Source: Balanoglossus misakiensis (Eukaryota; Animalia; Hemichordata). Taken from it: 64,000 nucleotides of DNA. Numbering within the stretch: the stretch's first letter is position 1; the number at the start of each line of letters is the position of its first letter. The stretch is from positions 7,155,846 through 7,219,845 of the forward strand of contig CM082577.2 in the NCBI GenBank assembly GCA_040954595.2, read 5' to 3'. Of this stretch, positions 27,974-42,512 are shown piece after piece. The position numbers and the translations under genes are program-made. The notes beneath the pieces are model-generated. The model was not told the DNA's origin, made no database searches, and worked only from the letters and a program-made list of their open reading frames with translations.

Positions 27974-30900
27974 AGGTCATCAGGTTTGTCTGGAGTCGTA
28001 TGTTCTTTCTTTTGAAACACGTCGGATTTTATTAAATTTACACAATACGTCTGCATGCCATGGAGACATGGCGATTGCGCAAGTAAGACGGCGGTGGAAT
28101 TATGCCTTCAAGGCTGGCGTGAAGACGTCATGTGTGCAAGCGACTATGCACATTGACACTTCAGAGAAGTGATCAATTTTTAAAGTTCTATTAGCTTTAG
28201 CAACAGAAAATATCTGTATTACATAGATTTAGTTGGATTAATATTCTATGGAAAATTTCTGATCTTGTAGGATGTCTGGGACAAATAACGAGTGTTGACC
28301 AAAATACCTATAACAGACTTTTCTCCTGACGCTGTAAAGGACGCCAGTAACTCGCCTTTTTGTTATTTTGACATGGATTTGCCGCGCCAAAATTAAGGGT
28401 CGCCGGCTTTTATTGTTAAGCTTTAATATTTCGACTCGGCGGGTTTGCTAATCCTATCCACTGGTCATTAATAACAGGTCATTTTGGGGGGCGTTCTCCC
28501 GAAATGAATTCATCCCCCCGAATGCCCAAGATATTGGCTTTTCGAGACTTTCCGCGTTTACATCTAAAGGCACGACATAACCCCTCTGTTTGATTGTTAT
28601 GGAAACTGTCAGGCGCACATTCACACACGCCGCGGGTGAATTGCAATATGATTCAGACAGACACCGACGTAAACTGGAGGGATTTCAAAGAATTGTGAAC
28701 GAAGGTCAAATGTTTAATATAAGAAATTTTAATCAAAATCACCACACCTCATAAGATTCGGTCTCTCACTGAAAATGAAGTAAAAAAAATAAATCAGCCG
28801 TGGTCTAATCTTCTTTCTTTGCCCCCTGCAAAGTCTTTGATGAAGAGAATACAAAAAAGAAAAGGAAATCTTGTTCATATCTTTTCGTCGTTCCTTCATG
28901 GTGCTGGCTGCGCTTATTCATGGCGGGTAGTCTGCCTTTTTGCGACAGACACTGACCAATTAGGTCTAACGATAACGAAGAGAGCTCCGTTGGACAGTGA
29001 CTCGGCGGCACCAGATTACCAGTCGGCTACAAATGCGCATTGCTTCAAGTTTTATCATCACGTCATGGGATAATTATGAACATTTGACGTAATGGCAACT
29101 AACGAGCCGTGAAACTTCGTTTTACAAAAAAGACTGTCTAATAATGAAGACAGACCATTTACAAAATACATTACAAAGGGACCGCAGTCGTGATGCCTTT
29201 TTTCGAGGGTTAGTTTTACGCTTGCCCATAACGTCAAATCTATGTCAAAAATATCCTTATGCCTAAGAACTCTTCTAACAGGGGTACCACTTCAATTAAA
29301 TGGTTAAGGAAACTTCAAAATAATCACCCTTGTCTGGATATAGTAGAATTTCATATGAAGCTGCATCTTCTGCACCAGGTGTCAAACCGCGAATGTTGAG
29401 TAATGTTGTGAATGTAGACTGTCCCAAGAATAGGATAAAAAGTTGTTTAAAGGGTTGGTTTGAATGCAGGAGACACCTTTTTTGTTTGAATCTGGACCAA
29501 AAATATTCATTAAACATGGACTCTCTGATTCAATCTAGTTCTCATGCGTAAGCAACACAGAATCGTTGGTTGATTTGTTGTTGGTTTACATGTTTGATTG
29601 ATTTGATAGGATGACTAGTTGATTGCCATCACATCCTCCTATTCGTGAAGCATTCTTTACTTTATTTGTATCCTGCATACTTTTGAAAGTCTTTATGTTA
29701 TAGTTATAGTAGCAAAGGAGGCCATTTTGGATTACTTTTTGGCAACAACGGTTACCGATGAATATCCTACAAATAAAGGGCATGGACTCTTCTGATGTTT
29801 TTATAGCAATCTCGCAAACAAGGAAACGCTTTCAGTTTAATGACCTCTGTACCACAATCGCCTTCAGGGACTCAGCATGCAAGACACCACACTCGCTGTT
29901 ATCATCGCTACTCGCCATATTTCCCATCTTTGGTTTGCGCCGCACTCTGTTTTTTTACATTGTGAACTACATGTATAGCAGTAGTAATCTCAGGCTTGAG
30001 TATCACGACATGTCATGCTAGAATGATGCTTTTGTGAAACTCTCAAGACTTAAAGAGCCTCCGAGGATATTCTGAGACTCCAGTGCAGTTGGAAGAAGGG
30101 AAACCCAATGCCAAATGTTGACTTGAGAAACAACAAGTCAACATCGAACACCGGCCATGACCTCTGTCATATTTTTTTCTATATCTTGTCAAGTGTGTCG
30201 GTTTTCCTGTGTATATGTTTCATGAATTCTACACGTAAAGGCACATATTTGTTTATAAATAGATTATATGACGACAATGGTATCATGTTGTGCCTATATC
30301 ATTTAAATAGGTCAAACAACATTATATTTTACTGAAGTGTAAATTTAAAATGTTATTATTTATAAATGGCTTGGACATATCCAAGATCAATGCGTCGTTT
30401 GTTGATGACGACCGCAAAAAAAATTAATCGTCGACTGTAAATTTTGCAATTTTCCTCAAATTTGAACTTCAGCAAGGCACGTGGTGTTGATTTGCAGAGA
30501 CAATCATAACCCCTTGTGCTTTGCTTTGACAGAACGCGCATCACGAATCATAATAATAACCTGAGGTTGTACAGGGGCGTAATTCTCAGCGGGGCGAATC
30601 TATATAGCTAAGAACGTATATTAATATAATCACGTCAACAGCAGGGCGCCGCATTGAACTCGAATGGCTGGGTCACTGGGTGTTAAGTTTCATGTGCTCT
30701 TTAAAAAAATAAGGAGTTTGTTTTCCGAGAAGTAGTTAACACATATTGTGAATTTGTTGATAGCAAATTCAACGTGGCACGACCGCAGCAGAGATGTCAT
30801 GGCGGACCAGTGTATGCTGAAATGTTTATCACAGTGAAGTGCGCACATCTGAGCCATCTATTGCAGACATCACGCATCATTGCAAAGAATGGATAATAGC

Positions 30901-33032
30901 ATAAGTACATCCTTCGCCCCTCCGGTCTTCAATTCATTAAGATAGTTACCGTAGTACTTCCTGGCGACAGCATAATACGCCGACCTTGGGAAACAGCGTG
31001 GTAGACTTGTTTGCTTTGGAAAGTGGGGGAAAAAAGACTACAGCCGACACCTTATAGTTATGTGAGCCGCATGTGTCTCGTCAACTGAGACATAATATAG
31101 CAGTCCATCTCAGGTACAAATCAGCTCAACCGGGAAAAATAAAAGTCAAAATTTTAAGAGGGGTCTTTTTCTTGCCAAGCTGTACCTATTGGACATCTTC
31201 AACCCCAAGTCACGAATCCACTGCCTCTCTCGTAAAGTGGCCGGATATTTATAGGTGAAGGTCTAAAAGTGATCATCCAATTAATCTAGGTGTTGACGTT
31301 CTCAGTAAAATTGTTATACGAGAAGGCCGCACAAGGTCACACTAATACACTGGTATTTGAATTAAAGGAACATAACCTATCAACATTTTTGCTCCGTTTA
31401 TCAAAATTTATTAAAAATCATTGGAATTCTACTCCCTATATGATGTTAAACAGTCAGTATTCTGTTTGTTTTGTCCAGGACATGAAAAGAGTCTGCATAT
31501 GTAAAGCCACCATTAGTGTTATTGTTGACAAATGAATTGTAGTCCAAACACGAAGTTAATTTGTCCAATTAATAATGTTGATTATATACACATATTGGTC
31601 GTGTTGATAAGTTCAATACTGGGCATTCCATCAGGCTTCAGATATTGGAAAAAATTACCTGCAGTAGCCAAAGGTTTGAAGCTAATGGAGCTTTAATGTT
31701 ATATTTCTTGCTTTTGAAGACGTGCATGTAATAGTTCTGTTATTCTCACTTTACAACACAAATATGTGGTCTCCAACATTTAATGTGACGAGGGTTCAAG
31801 GCGGTGATCGGTTGTAGTGAAGACGGGAGTGCGGTAAAGTGGTTGTATGTTATGAGTAACAAGTTTTCTCTGTATATAGTTTGTTGAATATTTCTTTGAA
31901 ATGACATTCAAAAAGGTGAAAACATACACTTGAAATTAAATTGTATAGACATATTTACAAATTCTAGAAAACATGTTTACAGAACAGAAAACGGCTACTT
32001 TGATCTCCCGGGAGCGACATTATGTCTCCAAAGCATCTTCAAACTGTCATTTGGCGCCAAGGTATTGTGGGAACTGCAAAATTCTGTCACAGTACAAACA
32101 GAGGAAACATGAAAATATGTTTAATCCAAGCCTCATTGGAGAGATTTTGATAAGGGTTGCTTCAAAACAAACTACTAAGAAGGGCTAGTCCGCCATCATT
32201 TAGACCCGCCACGCACGCACACCTGCCGTGTACATTCCTTGACATTTTCCGTCTCGTTTTCCCACTTTTGTTGATGGGAATTCCGCAAGAGCGCCCGTTT
32301 ATACCGATATGTTAATGTCACAAAATGAAATTTGGTGACGCACTCGTCAAATTTCGAATTGTCATGGCGAATTACTCTTCCCCAGAAGAGGAGAGTGACA
32401 TTTCCTAACTGTCATCAGAATAACCTCTATTAGTCATTTGTTTTACTTGTTTACACCCTTTACTTACTTCAACCATGAAACATTGTTATATTTAGTGGTC
32501 AATGAACGAGCGGCTATTCATAAGATTTAGTCACCTTTTCAGCTTGTTAGTAATTTCGCTATCCGTGGAGTTAAACCAACTCTTCTCGCGATCACGCGAG
32601 TAAATTCTCATAGCCTCGGGAGTACAGCTGACTTCTGTTTTTCTGTGATTTTAGAGTGAATGTTGAATGTATCTGACAGGGCATTTTATTAAGGCACTTG
32701 TATAAGCAATGAAAATGCCGGGCATACGTTAGACTACGGATGAAAAGCAAGTGTTGGTGTGTAAGTAAGTTGCATCACAATCGGTTGAATCATAACAGCA
32801 ACAGGCTACGTGAGTACCGGACCTTGAGTAACATCGACTATAGCTAAGGCTTGTTTTCGTGCTTTTCAGTTAGTTTTACCCTAAGGCTGTGGATACACAA
32901 TTTTGGCAAACACTTGGGAAATTCAATTCAATGATGTCCCCCCCCCCCCCCACCATTTTGAGATGCCCTGATGGAAACCTTTCCACATGCAAACACTCAT
33001 TAATATGACCGCTGTTTTATTCGTCATCGTTT

Positions 33033-33046
33033 GTTGTCATGGTAAC
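33033..33046. promoter_or_regulatory. RFX X-box-like motif
   Basis: GTTGTCATGGTAAC, close to the palindromic X-box consensus GTTGCCATGGCAAC. Confidence 0.5.
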
Positions 33047-33129
33047 ACTTGGCGTCGTACTGACATCGCGAAGGGGTGTGGGTAAACAAGCCCAGTCTTG
33101 GAGGATCTGCGAATCACATCACTGCCTGA

Positions 33130-33327
33130 GCGTTTATATGCGTCTTGACAAGACTGTGCACAGTCCAACCAGCTGTGTGTAGTTAACCCGACCGAGTGTG
33201 CGTGCCAAATCGAGCCTATTTCTTGCCACTCTCGAGCGAGGCGTCCTGCACAAACTCATCAGACGATAATTCGTGCGGACGACGAGCTGAGTCGAAGCTT
33301 CTGAAACACAGACGAGGTATGGTAAGA
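33130..33327 (+). promoter_or_regulatory. Candidate promoter and non-coding first exon of the GPCR gene
   Basis: TTTATAT at ~33134 about 90 bp after the X-box, CpG-rich body, overlapping donors GAG|GTATGG (33317) and ATG|GTAAGA (33322). Confidence 0.4.
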
Positions 33328-36042
33328 TGATCTTTTCAGTCTGACACTGCGGGTAAACTTGTTCCGACTTTCCGTTTACTGTTCATTGATACCTCCGTCT
33401 CTCTCTCTCCCGCACTCTTTAAAGAAGTAGGCTCTGTCTCTTTGGCGTCGTTGCCTCTAACGAAATAAGTCTCGCCATTGCTGTTCGCTAAAACAACACC
33501 GGTTTTATAAGCAAACCCACTGATCGAAATGGCGCTCAATCGATTTTTTGCGAAGACTTTCTGTCAGTTGCTTTATGGAATGTGTATAGTCAGCACAGTG
33601 GGGTAAATTATGTATTGATGAAAATAATTCTGAACACGACTTATCGATCTACCGGATCATGGCAGAGTTTATATAAGTGGTGTATTTCTTGTGCAACAAT
33701 TACGATGTGTGAAAAAATATATTGCCCTTTTAGGAACTGCTCGCTTAAAATTAGTCTGAAACCACAGCATTTGGTGATATGACGAAACGTTTATCTATAT
33801 TTGGTGCTTGTTTCCCATGGTCACACTGAATGGTCTCATATTGTTCTAATCATTATTGAGCTTCATGCAGCCAACTTTTACACATATTTTCTCTTTGCTC
33901 CTCCTTTCTTTTTTTCCTTCCTTTTATCTACCCAAATAGGACTGTGACATAAATGCTATCATTTAATGAGTATATACAGCCTTAAAGTTATTTGGAATTG
34001 TTGGCACAGAAACGTGTCGTGAATAAGAGGAAATACGTGCATGTTCATTTGACCACACAAGAATATTTAAGGAGAGAGTTTTATTCATGCCAATGTGTGT
34101 GGACCACCATAGAAAGGGTATCAGATATGTGAACATGCACCTGTGTTATACATCATAACGTTCACAACATATATGAAGCTTTCAGATACAGCAATCTTGC
34201 AATGGACATGTCTGCTAAAAGCTTATTCAATGAATCGCGTTTTGTAAAGTGTACTATGAATTTCAAACTATTAAATTTTCACGTGAGAGATGAATCAATC
34301 ATTTTACACAACTACTTATCTTTGTGAAATTTGGAACCAATTAATGCGCATCGTGATAGTTAATTCTCGCGAAGGACCTTTAAAGAACTGGTTAAGTATT
34401 AAATGGGAGTTTTTAAGGTGATGTGCTCACTCCACCGTTGTCTAACCCACGCAAGGTTTTGTACACAGATGGAAATATCTGCCTCAGATTCAGTTTTTAT
34501 GATTTTCCGTGTTCCATTTATTCAATTATTGTGAACAGGCCATGAAAATTGCCCTACAAAACTCTTTTTCTAATCTCAAATTGAGGACATGTATGCATGT
34601 GTATGTAGCATGCTCTCGATGAATTCAGCGGAAGATCTTCATTGTAAACGTTGGCCGGAATTCCTTTCTCAAGGCGTGGTAAAATCTTTCAGGAGATAAT
34701 TCGCATAATAACCGGAAAATGAGGTAGAGTTACTATTTGGCTTCTCTGCATGTATAGGTTTTCAAAAAAAAAATTTAAAAACACATTCAGGGAGCTGTGC
34801 ATGCACTAATTGGTTGAAGATTCTTAAGTTATCGGCGATGCCTTCAGAACCATCGCAGCTTGCGTCACCCTTAAAATGAAACAAGCTGTGAAACCCAATG
34901 GCTCGTGAACGAAAACCCAAACGGCAAAGGTTTTAAATTTATGACGCTCTTGTGTGATTCACAACGCCGTTATCTAGATAAATGATCGAGTAATTTACTC
35001 CCACGCAGCAATTTTATCACCTGGTAAAGGGATCTGTTGGGTCTTACACGGCTTCAGGTTTAACGGCGTCAGATGTATTTTGTAATCCCGCCGAAATAAT
35101 TTGCGATATTTTCGGCGACGTATTCCGAATGCAAATTCGCTCAGCATTGTAATATTCGATCTGGAGACAAAGAATAAAAAAGCCCCCTCATTACCAGAGA
35201 AACATAATCGGGGATTTAATCTGCCATATCGAATATCGTTTGCGTTTCTTCAAGAGCTGTTAGTGTATCCCTACACAGAAACCAATGCCTCCAACGATTT
35301 TGCTTGATGTATCTTTTAACCGGCGTCCATTCTGTAGGCAACGGCCCTGGAGACGGCGTTTTGCCCTGGGCCTGAGGAGTAGTGCACATGTAACATTTTA
35401 CAAGTGAGATTGCCGCGTCCAATCTATCTTTTAATGTGCGCACAGGACTGGCGAAAGCATCTTGAAAGGAATTGTCCCCTTAGGGAGCCGAGGCAGAAAA
35501 AAAATCTGCCCCCCCCCCTTCGGGTGTGAAGAGAACACTGCATGAACGCCGTGGTTACTGCAGTTTTAATTAATCGCGCGAAGTTAATTTGCAGCGCGCG
35601 TACATACCCATCGGGGTGTAAAGTCATCATCCCTGTGTTAATGCGATGGTGGCACTGTCGAGCCGAAGGGGCTGAAAACAACAAACAACAGAACACGACA
35701 TACTCGGTATCTCGCCGCCTCCTCGCGCCTGTTAACAAGCTAACGCCTTATCAGTGCAAGTGTAAATGTGTGCTTCATCAGCCGTTGACATGGCTGGCTA
35801 ATGGAATAAATAATCCGTTCTTATACGGCCTCGATCAGTTAACAAGGAATTAGACTGAATAACATTTTATTGTCGTTTAACGTGCCTTGCCTCCTAAAAT
35901 AATGATACAATAATTAAAGCTATTAAACCATCTGTTATATCTAATCATAGCATCAGTCACTATAATCAACATGTTGCCAGTTGTCACATAATCATTAATA
36001 GGGCATTAAACAATGTCGCGGATCTCATGAAAAACAGCGTAA

Positions 36043-36203
36043 ATGTATGTATGTATGTACCTTATATGTATGTATGTAGGTATGTAGGTATGTATGTATG
36101 TAGGTATGTATGTAGGTATGCATGCATATGTACCGGTATGTAAGATTATAATACCGCCTACACTTACTTTATGTATGTTAGTAGGTACGTATGCATGTAT
36201 GTA
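36043..36203. repeat. (TATG)n/(TAGG) compound microsatellite
   Basis: Long interrupted run of atgt/aggt tetramers. Confidence 0.9.
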
Positions 36204-39200
36204 TCAGAATCATTACATGTTGAAGCACCTGATGTTGTTGAGATAGCAGGATTGTATCATTCACGCATCACACTCCATAACCTGATAAGACTATCTTCGC
36301 TTATGGATGATTTAATATTTGCAGGTCCCGTGTCGTCAAAATCCTGTTTCTTTCAGTTCAGTGGTCACTTTGCATATGGCGCAAAAATATGTTGTCAAGT
36401 CACTTCCTTACGAATACGTAGTAAATGATGTTCAGTGATTCAATTACAAAATTTGCATTGATAATGCTTCAGTGTAGACTGATACCGTGTGCAGTGTTAT
36501 CAAAACACAATCTCGGAATAAAAAATATACTGAGTGATGCTCACACGAGGTGTCCTCGGGCTTCTTGATGTGACATCAATTCAAAGTAAAAGAAGGTGTA
36601 GCTTGAATCCTGTCGTCTGTAGTCTAACTGAATAATCCAGACAGCGTTCTGTGCTGCGAGCATAAAGTTGGCAATTCCCAAACCAAAATAGGTCTACAGT
36701 GAGTGATTCAGTTGGATTACGCAAGTCTTTTCCCCCACCGCGTATGCATTTAATCAAGCGCTCGGTGAGCTGGAAAAAAACACCAACTGTTCTGAATATC
36801 AGCCTCGTCTGTCTACCTGTCTGTCTGCCTCTGTCTTTGAATGAGAGAAATGTTAGATCTTTCTCTGTTCACTACTGTCACTGGTTGTTGTTCTGATTCA
36901 GAATCTCCTGTGTAATTATGCACATCATCATCGTGTGTACATGACATGGTTTGAAATCAAGGTTTGTAATAATATCTTTATACATTTAGAGGAGTCAAAA
37001 ACAGCTTGTTCTTTGATCAAAAATTGCGGCATGGACTTACTTCTTGGTCACGCCGCGCCCGGAAACTTATTCGACAGATTTGTCCATGCTGCCTTAATCA
37101 TTATCTTTTCTCAAATCAATGACATGGCGTACTCCTCAGAGCGGCTAACGGCAAACTGTGCTTCCATGATTTTCCGCTGGGAAGTAAACGTTCTGAGATC
37201 TATCATTGCGCTGCTAAAATTCTCCTTCCAACAACCGCTGTTTGTGACAGAGTTCAAGAAATGCAATGAGCAGTCAATAGCTCGCAAACAAGCCAAGCCA
37301 CTTGCCACAAATCAGCGTCCACGTGCTCCCATAAAACAGCATAATACCCCAACGGCTGCGAACATTGATTTCCGATACGTGCGTTTCACTACACACTTAA
37401 CGCAATTGCATTCTTCAAAACTATTTACCCAGATGGGCTTTTCCGACATTTCTATGCACCTCGTTAGAATCTTCGTCATATGCCTGACGTTAGAGTCCGA
37501 AGATTATCTTTACCAACTGTTCTCCCCTAAGGGCTTTTCTAGCGTATAGAGATAAACTGAATATTCAACTTTTAGAAGTCTTGGCAGCGTGAATAGTCAC
37601 GGAAGCGAACGATGTTGCGCCTTGCAAGGTTTCTGTTTGTAGACAGGACACCATCGATCAGCCGTGTATCGTATGTCATTCAGTAAGTTCAGATGTACTA
37701 ATAGTGTTTACTGTTTGAGATTACATGAATGATATACATTTTCCTATGATGATCAATATCGTGTTATTTTGTGGAATAACATTGATTTGTCATCAATCAT
37801 TTTAGTTAAACGCAGCATAGATCTGTCTTTTTGTCCAAATGGATTACAAAACACAGATTAAACATAGTCAGTATTGTTTGATTATTTTCAAATTGGACTA
37901 TTATTACTGTGCATGATTGTACATGCAGCGTATGACAGAAATACGGTTCATGTTATGTATGCTAAGGAGCCTGATTGCTGATAAAGTGGACATGTGTGGT
38001 TAAAATAGGTTTCAGCATGTTTATACTTTTGAAGATTAAACTCAAAATAAATGGAATGTGACAGACTAGTCAAGAGCAACATATTTCCATTCACAGGTGC
38101 ATAAGATATAAACTACTACCAAGATGAATTGTAAGGACTCTGTAGTTACTGTTACAGTTAAATTGTGACCGAGCATTTTCATAAAATTACAACACAAAGT
38201 ATTACTATTCTCCTCTGCATGTATATCAGGAGTAATCACATGTATCTGGAAATGTTTGATTATTATGAAACTAATTCCCAAATTAGCGGAGAATGATGCA
38301 ACGGTTTTCTCTATACAGATGGCCACGAACGAATCACCACCTGTTTCAGCCGTTGCGCCATGACGTGTGTGGTTTATATTAGCCCCCGTTATCCTAACAT
38401 CAATTTACCACATCTAAATTACTGCAGATACCATCTACTTGCGTTGGGTTTGGGGTTTTACCATTTACTTTGCGTACAGTCGGCGCTTTACTGCAAAATG
38501 TCACAGAAAGGTTGCTTCGAGCTTGGTTGCCCCTTGCGATTCACCCTGAATTCACATCACTGTCAGCAGCTAGCGGCGTGAAGCGTTGACAGATATAGCA
38601 TCTAACAGGCGGGTAGCCGTAATGCGTCAATCTTTGCCAGGCTCGGCAAATTAAGCACCGACTCCAGTGATTTTAGTCGACGCAAGGGACCTCAGCCAAT
38701 TTCGCCGGGATCTTGTCGGGCCGTGTCTGCCGTAATGTGCAGCGACACTGTACATATACCTGCAGGATCAAGGCAAAACCGCGCATATATACGCTGTTTT
38801 GTATCGCGGAGAATGGGCGACTTCCCAGGGATAAAACATCAAATTGCTGCAGTATAATGTTTGATCAAGAGGTACATGATCACATGTACTAATGGATGTA
38901 AGAGCAATTTCGAAGCAATTCGGACTCGCATATCACGTGATCTCCTTGCCGCAATATGATATCTGTAATATTCGCCCAATCGCAACATCAATCTTAAGTA
39001 ATCATCTTCCTGTGTTCAGATTTGAAGCATCCTTGACACGTTATACATGTTTCTGCGTATGTTTTTTTGCCTCTTGAACATTACCCATTCGCTGAGAAAA
39101 CGTAACTATTGATGCCCACTGTTTTACTCTAACGACAATAGGTAGATAGTATACAAAGAAACCATTGGAAAGGGGGGGGAGGTATTCTTTACTATTCATC

Positions 39201-41590
39201 TACCCAGTCAAATGTTATCCTGGCGCTTGATGAGAAAGAAGGTTTGGTTACAAGAGTTAGTCTTCAGAAAGTGCATGTGTGGAACTGACAAAATAATAAT
39301 TTTGAGAATTTCCAACAAAATAAACTGTAAGTCATATATCATTTGCTGTTTATTTATTACAAACTTGGCGAGCCGCTGTTATGGTCTAAGGCAAAGGGAT
39401 TTGCTTTTGCTTTATGACTTTTCAAGAAAAGATGGACTCATTCTTTGGTATCAATAAATACAGAATACAGTTCTAGAGCACACATATACCTAGCAGGACT
39501 TGATGCATCAGCAGCGCGTACACACCCGAAATGCCAGGTGTAGTTATAGACTACGATCTAGTTAGTGTTTTCAGGTTTTGGAAATCTTGACCCCATCTTC
39601 TCTGGGCAGAGCAAACTTTGACTAGGCCTAAATCACGTCCCATCGAAGAGAAATCCGCAACACTTCAATGACATTGGGGCCATCGGATGTAATTCAGTTA
39701 CAGCGAACGGCTACTTTCAGCTACCAAAGTGACGTCAAGCAGTCCACGGGGACAGCATTTCCCCAGCAGCGGTAAAATGTGTGTTAAAGCAACTGGCACA
39801 CTCAACCGCGACACAGCCACGGTTTCGTCGTAAAGGAGATTTATGTAAATATAGTTCACACAACGCAAGACCGTCAAAGCCCCGTATTGATAGTCGTTTT
39901 CAAATTAGTTCATAACCCGGCACATCTTGCCCTATGAATTATCGCAGAAGACTGAGATGTAAATTCTCACAGACGTCGTTTTCTTTTCATCGGCGCAAAG
40001 AGTAATCACCCGGCAGAAGTTCTGATTTGATAATGGCCAAGAAAATTGATTGATCAATCCGGTTCATTACCACACTTCGACTCTTGTTTGACAAGACATG
40101 TGATTAAATGGGGGCGAATTTTGGATAAAACCGGCCGATGTGAATATATATCATATCTCCAGTTGACATGCAGGGAAACAATGCGTTTTGCCCGGAAAGT
40201 TTGACGCATGTAAAATTTTCAAATGATCAACTGTGATGTTTTATTATACAATCACAACTACCACTTGGAAGATGTCAAACGTCAAACATAATTGTACGTG
40301 GTGTGATTTTTGACATCCAACCATTGCATTTTTGGGTCAGCGAAACGGTATAATATACAAAGTATTGAAAATGCAAGTCATGTGGATATCGTTAACTGTT
40401 TTGTCCAAGTAGGTGAGAAATATAACAGTGATTTTGACTTGATCCTTCCTATAATAAAAATGTCTTACTGTACGTACATACATTGGATAATCATTATGGT
40501 CAGTGTACTTAATCTGTGTATGTACATAATCCTACTCAACCTTTCAAAACAAATTGATAATTACCTTTATACGTGTGGCACATTGCAATGGATTATAACA
40601 TTAACTGTATACATCATAATATGTACATGTTGGCACATTTGGATAAGGCAAAGTTTAGCTACAGCTTCCTACAGAATTTGATTACTGAAATGCACGTTTT
40701 ACGTGGAAATAGAGCACAGGCAGGGAATGTAGTGGGAAGCCATTAGAGAACAGACAGGGTCTGTAAGAAGCACTCACGAGGAAATTGCCCGTAAGTGAAA
40801 TCGATTTATTTATTGGCTGTCACGTTTGCATCCATCAGAAATAACGTGACTTCTCATTACATTTATACGTTACACTGTGGTCTGAAACGTCGTCATGACG
40901 AACATGCTTGCCGCGCGAGAGTGGGGCTAACGGGATCCTTTTACTCTGAGCTATTTTGGCCGTTAACATCTTGAGTGGGAAAGCGTATGAAAATGAGAGG
41001 GAAATTGTAAATACTGGGGAGGACAGGCTCTCTTTGCAGAGATGATGATTAACTTGCTGCAGCCCACTCTTAGCTTGGTTCTGTTTGAGAAGGCCAGATT
41101 TGGTAAAACCGTCTTCGTGGACGAGAGGACAAAGTATCCAGTTCAATGTACTTCGTTTTTGTGTCAAAAGTACATATGTACACGCTATTCTAACTGGTAT
41201 GACTTCAGGCTGTATCTCGGAATACTGCAGAAACAGCATGCGGTCTGCATTGTAAATGTAATTAAAAGGTTTGGCATATGAATAGGCCTTTAAAGAAATG
41301 ACAAAATCGCCTTTGGCAGGAAACCTTTACCTACTAGTCATCAACTTGTACCACCGAAGTAAGATAACTTCTTTAGAGTGGAAAACTCGCCAAAATGAAT
41401 AATCGGTGTTTACCATTTATTCATTTTGGTGAGATTTTTACTCTCATATTCTACAAACGGGATAGAACATTAATTCACTATATATCCACATTTAGACTAA
41501 CACAAACAGTGTCTTGTGTCAAACATAATTTAATGAAAAAATGGCAGCTGGAGTGAGACTTTGTCCCTTTAATTATCGTTTCCGCACTGC

Positions 41591-41637
41591 ATCACAACAC
41601 ATCACATCACATCACATAACCTCACCTAACCTCATCC
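41591..41637. repeat. Degenerate pentamer repeat (ATCAC)n
   Basis: atcacaacacatcacatcacatcacataacctcacctaacctcatc. Confidence 0.8.
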
Positions 41638-42212
41638 CACCAACGAGTAATTTGCATACCACTGTACAATTATACATGGCATTGCGCAAATACGACACAT
41701 GCTTGGTTTGACTTACGAGGCGACAGATGCCCACAATCAAGCAGTCGACCAAAGAACGACAAATCCGATGAAAATCCAAAGGATGCGTGAATAACGACTT
41801 TGAAAAAAAAATCACACGGAAAACACATCTAGGTCAGATTAATAAGTCACGCAAGACGTCAGTATGACGTCTCAGTTGGTTACAAGAGCACATAAATAAA
41901 ATAACAAATAACGCGTGATAAACCCTGTATTGGTAGTAAAACAAGCCATAAAACACGAACGGTAAATCAACCCCTTGCTGCTCGCATGTAGGATTTTGCT
42001 TCTGATATTACGAGTGGATTCAATTGAGCGTTATAATCCAATCTGGACGCCAATTCCTGGTTATAATTGATATCCTGCTATTTCCCATCATTTATTGAAA
42101 ATCGCCCCGCAAGCGTGATTCCCTTTAACTTGTGTGTTTCGTAATGTCATTACCCGTCAAACTGCTTAAAGACCTGAAATTTGTTCGTGTCTTCGTAGGT
42201 TTTTGTGTGTCG

Positions 42213-42512
42213 CACTAATTCTGTGCTGTTTACCGATTTTATCCCTGCAGCTGCCTCGGGAGATTCATCAGTGTGGCCTCACCCCGGCATTCGCTAGCTC
42301 CACCCTCGCTCCACAAGCTTTAATTCCGGCATGCGCGTGAGGTGGGAAGTCCGTGAAGAGCAAAGACTGATTGCCTGCGCGGGAAACATATGAGAGGTGT
42401 GCGCCAGCTCCAATTTACCATAGTCAGTCTTCTCGTCACACCGTGAAGCCCAGTGTTCTTTGCGGTGAATTCACTGTTACTTAGAACATAGAAGAGAAGC
42501 GAACGAGAAAAG
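42213..42512 (+). promoter_or_regulatory. Splice acceptor and 5' UTR portion of the GPCR coding exon, containing two uORFs
   Basis: Branch-like CACTAAT (42213-42219), pyrimidine tract ttttatccctgCAG| (AG ends 42250); uORFs at 42331-42393 and 42390-42446. Confidence 0.6.

Noticed and set aside
36935-37549. 204-aa ORF
   Set aside because: Non-ATG start in the track, no codon bias, no recognisable domain; compatible with chance in 64 kb.
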